Shown here in pieces: positions 61,920-64,000 of a stretch of DNA of 64,000 bases. Source of the DNA: Ginglymostoma cirratum (lineage: Eukaryota); NCBI GenBank assembly GCA_024137785.1, contig JAHRHZ010000063.1, forward strand, positions 15,149,076 to 15,213,075, read 5' to 3'. The notes beneath the pieces were generated by a model that was not told the origin of the DNA, ran no database searches, and was given only the letters and a program-made list of their open reading frames with translations. The position numbers were made by a program, and so were the translations under genes. How positions within the stretch are numbered: position 1 is the first letter of the stretch; each line of letters begins with the position of its first letter.

Positions 61920-63955
61920 TTTAATTGTCCGCCACCATTCATAGCACAACCACAGGACTTAGATGTGATCATTTGGTTGTGGGTTCGCTTAGCTCTGTTT
62001 ATCATTTGCTGCTTATGCTGTTTGTCATTCAAGTAGTCCTGTTTGGTAACTTCATGAGGTTGACACTTTTTAAGTACACCTGGTGCTGCTCCTGTCATGC
62101 CTTCCTGCACTCTCCATTGAACCATGGTTGATCCCCTTGCTTAATGGTAATGGTGAAGTGGATAATATATTTGTGGGGAAGTACATTTCTGCTGCTGTTA
62201 ATGACCCATAGTGCCTCATGGATGCCCAGTCTTTAGTTGCTAGATCTGTTCAAAGTCTGCCCCATTTAACACAGTAATAGTACCACACAATACGATGGAA
62301 GTATTCACAATGTGAAGACAAGATTTCTTTCTTACACGTACTATGCAGTGCTCATTCTTTCCAATACTGTCACAGACAGATGCATCTGCAGCTGGTAATT
62401 GGTCAGGATGAGGTCTAGTATATTTTTCCCTCTTGTAGGTTCCCTCACCACCTGCCACAGACCCTGTCTAATAGTTATGTCCATTAGGACACGACCAGCT
62501 CAATCAGTAGTGCTGCTGTCGAGCCACTTTTTGTGATTGACATTGAAATCTCCCACCCAGAGTACATTTTGCACCCTTGCCACTCTCAGTGCTTCCTTCA
62601 AGTGGTGTTCACCATGGAGGAGGACTGATTCATCAGCCAAGGGAGGATGGTACGTGGTAATCAGCAGGAGGTATCTTTGTCCATGTTTAACCTGAAGCTG
62701 TGAGTCTTCATGACGCTCAAAGTCAATGTTGAGGACTCTCAGGGCAAATCTCTCCTGACTGCATACCACTGTGCGCTACCTCTGCTGGGTCTGTCCTGCC
62801 GGTGGGACCAGGACATTCTCATAGATTCATAGAGATGTACACCATGGATCAAACCCATCAGTCCAACTCATCCTTGCTGACCAGATATCCTAAATTAGTC
62901 TAGTCCCATTTTCCAGCATTTGGCCCATATCCCTCTTCTTATACCCATCAACGCCTCTTAAATATTGGAACTGTACCACCCTCCACCACTTCCTCTGGCA
63001 GTTCATTCCATCCACAGACCACCGTCTGCATGAAAACATTGCTGCTTAGGTGCCTTTTAAATCTTCCCTCTCTCACCTTAAAACTATGCCTCCTCATTTT
63101 GGACTCCCCTACCTAGGATAAGACCTTGACTATTTACTCTATCCATGCCCCTCATAATTTTGTTAATTCTACAAGGTCACCCCTCAGCCTCCGACGCGCC
63201 AGTAAAAATAGCCTCAGTCTATTCAGCTTCTCCCTATAGCTCAAAACCTTCAACCCTGCAACATCCTTGTAAATCTTTTCTGAACTCTTTCCAGTTTTAC
63301 AACATCTTTCCTATACCAGGAAGACCAGAATTCAACACAATATTCTAAAAGTGGTCTCACCAATGTCCTGCACAGCTGCAACATAATGTCCCAACTCCCA
63401 TACTCAATGCATTGATCAATGAAGGCAATCGCGCCAAACGCCTCCTTCTCTGAATCCATTTTCAAGGAACTATGAAACCGCACTCTGAGGTCTCTTTTTT
63501 TGGTAATACTCCCCAGGACCTTACCATTATGTGTATAAGTCCTGCCCTGATTCGCTCCACCAAATGTATCACCATACATTTATCTCGATTAGACTCTATC
63601 TGCCACTCCAAGACCCATTGGATTATCTGATCTCGATCAATGTACACTGAGGTAACCATCTTCACTGTCCAGTACATCACCAATTTTGGTGTCATTTGCA
63701 ACTTACTAATCATATTATATTTAAGGTGTGATTCCATGAGTATGACTATTTAAGGTTGTTTCTTGACTAGTGTGTAAGACAGCTCTCCCAGTTTTGGCTA
63801 TAGCTCCAGATGTTAGTAGGGAGGACAAGGTCGACAGAGTTGTTTTTGCCCTGTTGTTTCTGGTGCCTTGGTCAATGCCAGGTGGCCCATCTACTTTCCT
63901 TTCTTTATTAAAGCTTTCTTAAAATTGAAACAACTGAGTGACTTGCTAGGCAATT
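61920..63955 (-). mobile_element. LINE family B endonuclease region, interrupted by CR1
   Basis: ORF 62500-62769 QVKHGQRYLLLITTYHPP...QNVLWVGDFNVNHKKWL (APE GDFN motif). Confidence 0.82.
62818..63715 (-). mobile_element. 5'-truncated CR1 LINE
   Basis: ORF 63250-63579 LVRPLLEYCVEFWSSWYRKDVVKLERVQKRFTRML; SKLQMTPKL (frameshifted KFADDTK); CTATGAATCTATG tail. Confidence 0.9.
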
Positions 63956-64000
63956 TCAGAGGGCAGTTAAGAGACAAACCACATTGCTCAGGCTCTCGAG

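Overview
Eukaryotic, AT-rich, CpG-poor, repeat-dominated DNA. It is most likely intronic or intergenic sequence of a cartilaginous fish (inferred from HE1/V-SINE-like SINEs and very dense CR1-type LINEs). I cannot support any intact host protein-coding gene. The ORFs that are recognisable are decayed retroelement pieces: many CR1 LINEs, a second CR1/L2-group LINE family, RTE LINEs, one nearly full-length Rex1/Babar LINE, Gypsy gag and integrase remnants, and solo LTRs. The most distinctive structure is about 15 short Penelope-like pseudo-LTR insertions in two subfamilies. Many are palindromic, many have 8-19 bp target-site duplications, and several carry a minimal hammerhead-ribozyme core (CTGAnGA-stem-GAAACGTC; intact at 7137-7164 minus and 14691-14718 plus). 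Other oddities are a templated internal duplication beside the Rex1 FADD motif, a CpG-rich insert splitting a Gypsy integrase tail, a short Rex1-tailed element with a 21-bp minisatellite, an unclassified dispersed repeat, and a 400-N gap inside a palindrome. All family assignments come from motif recognition by eye; no database search was run, and boundaries of decayed elements are approximate.
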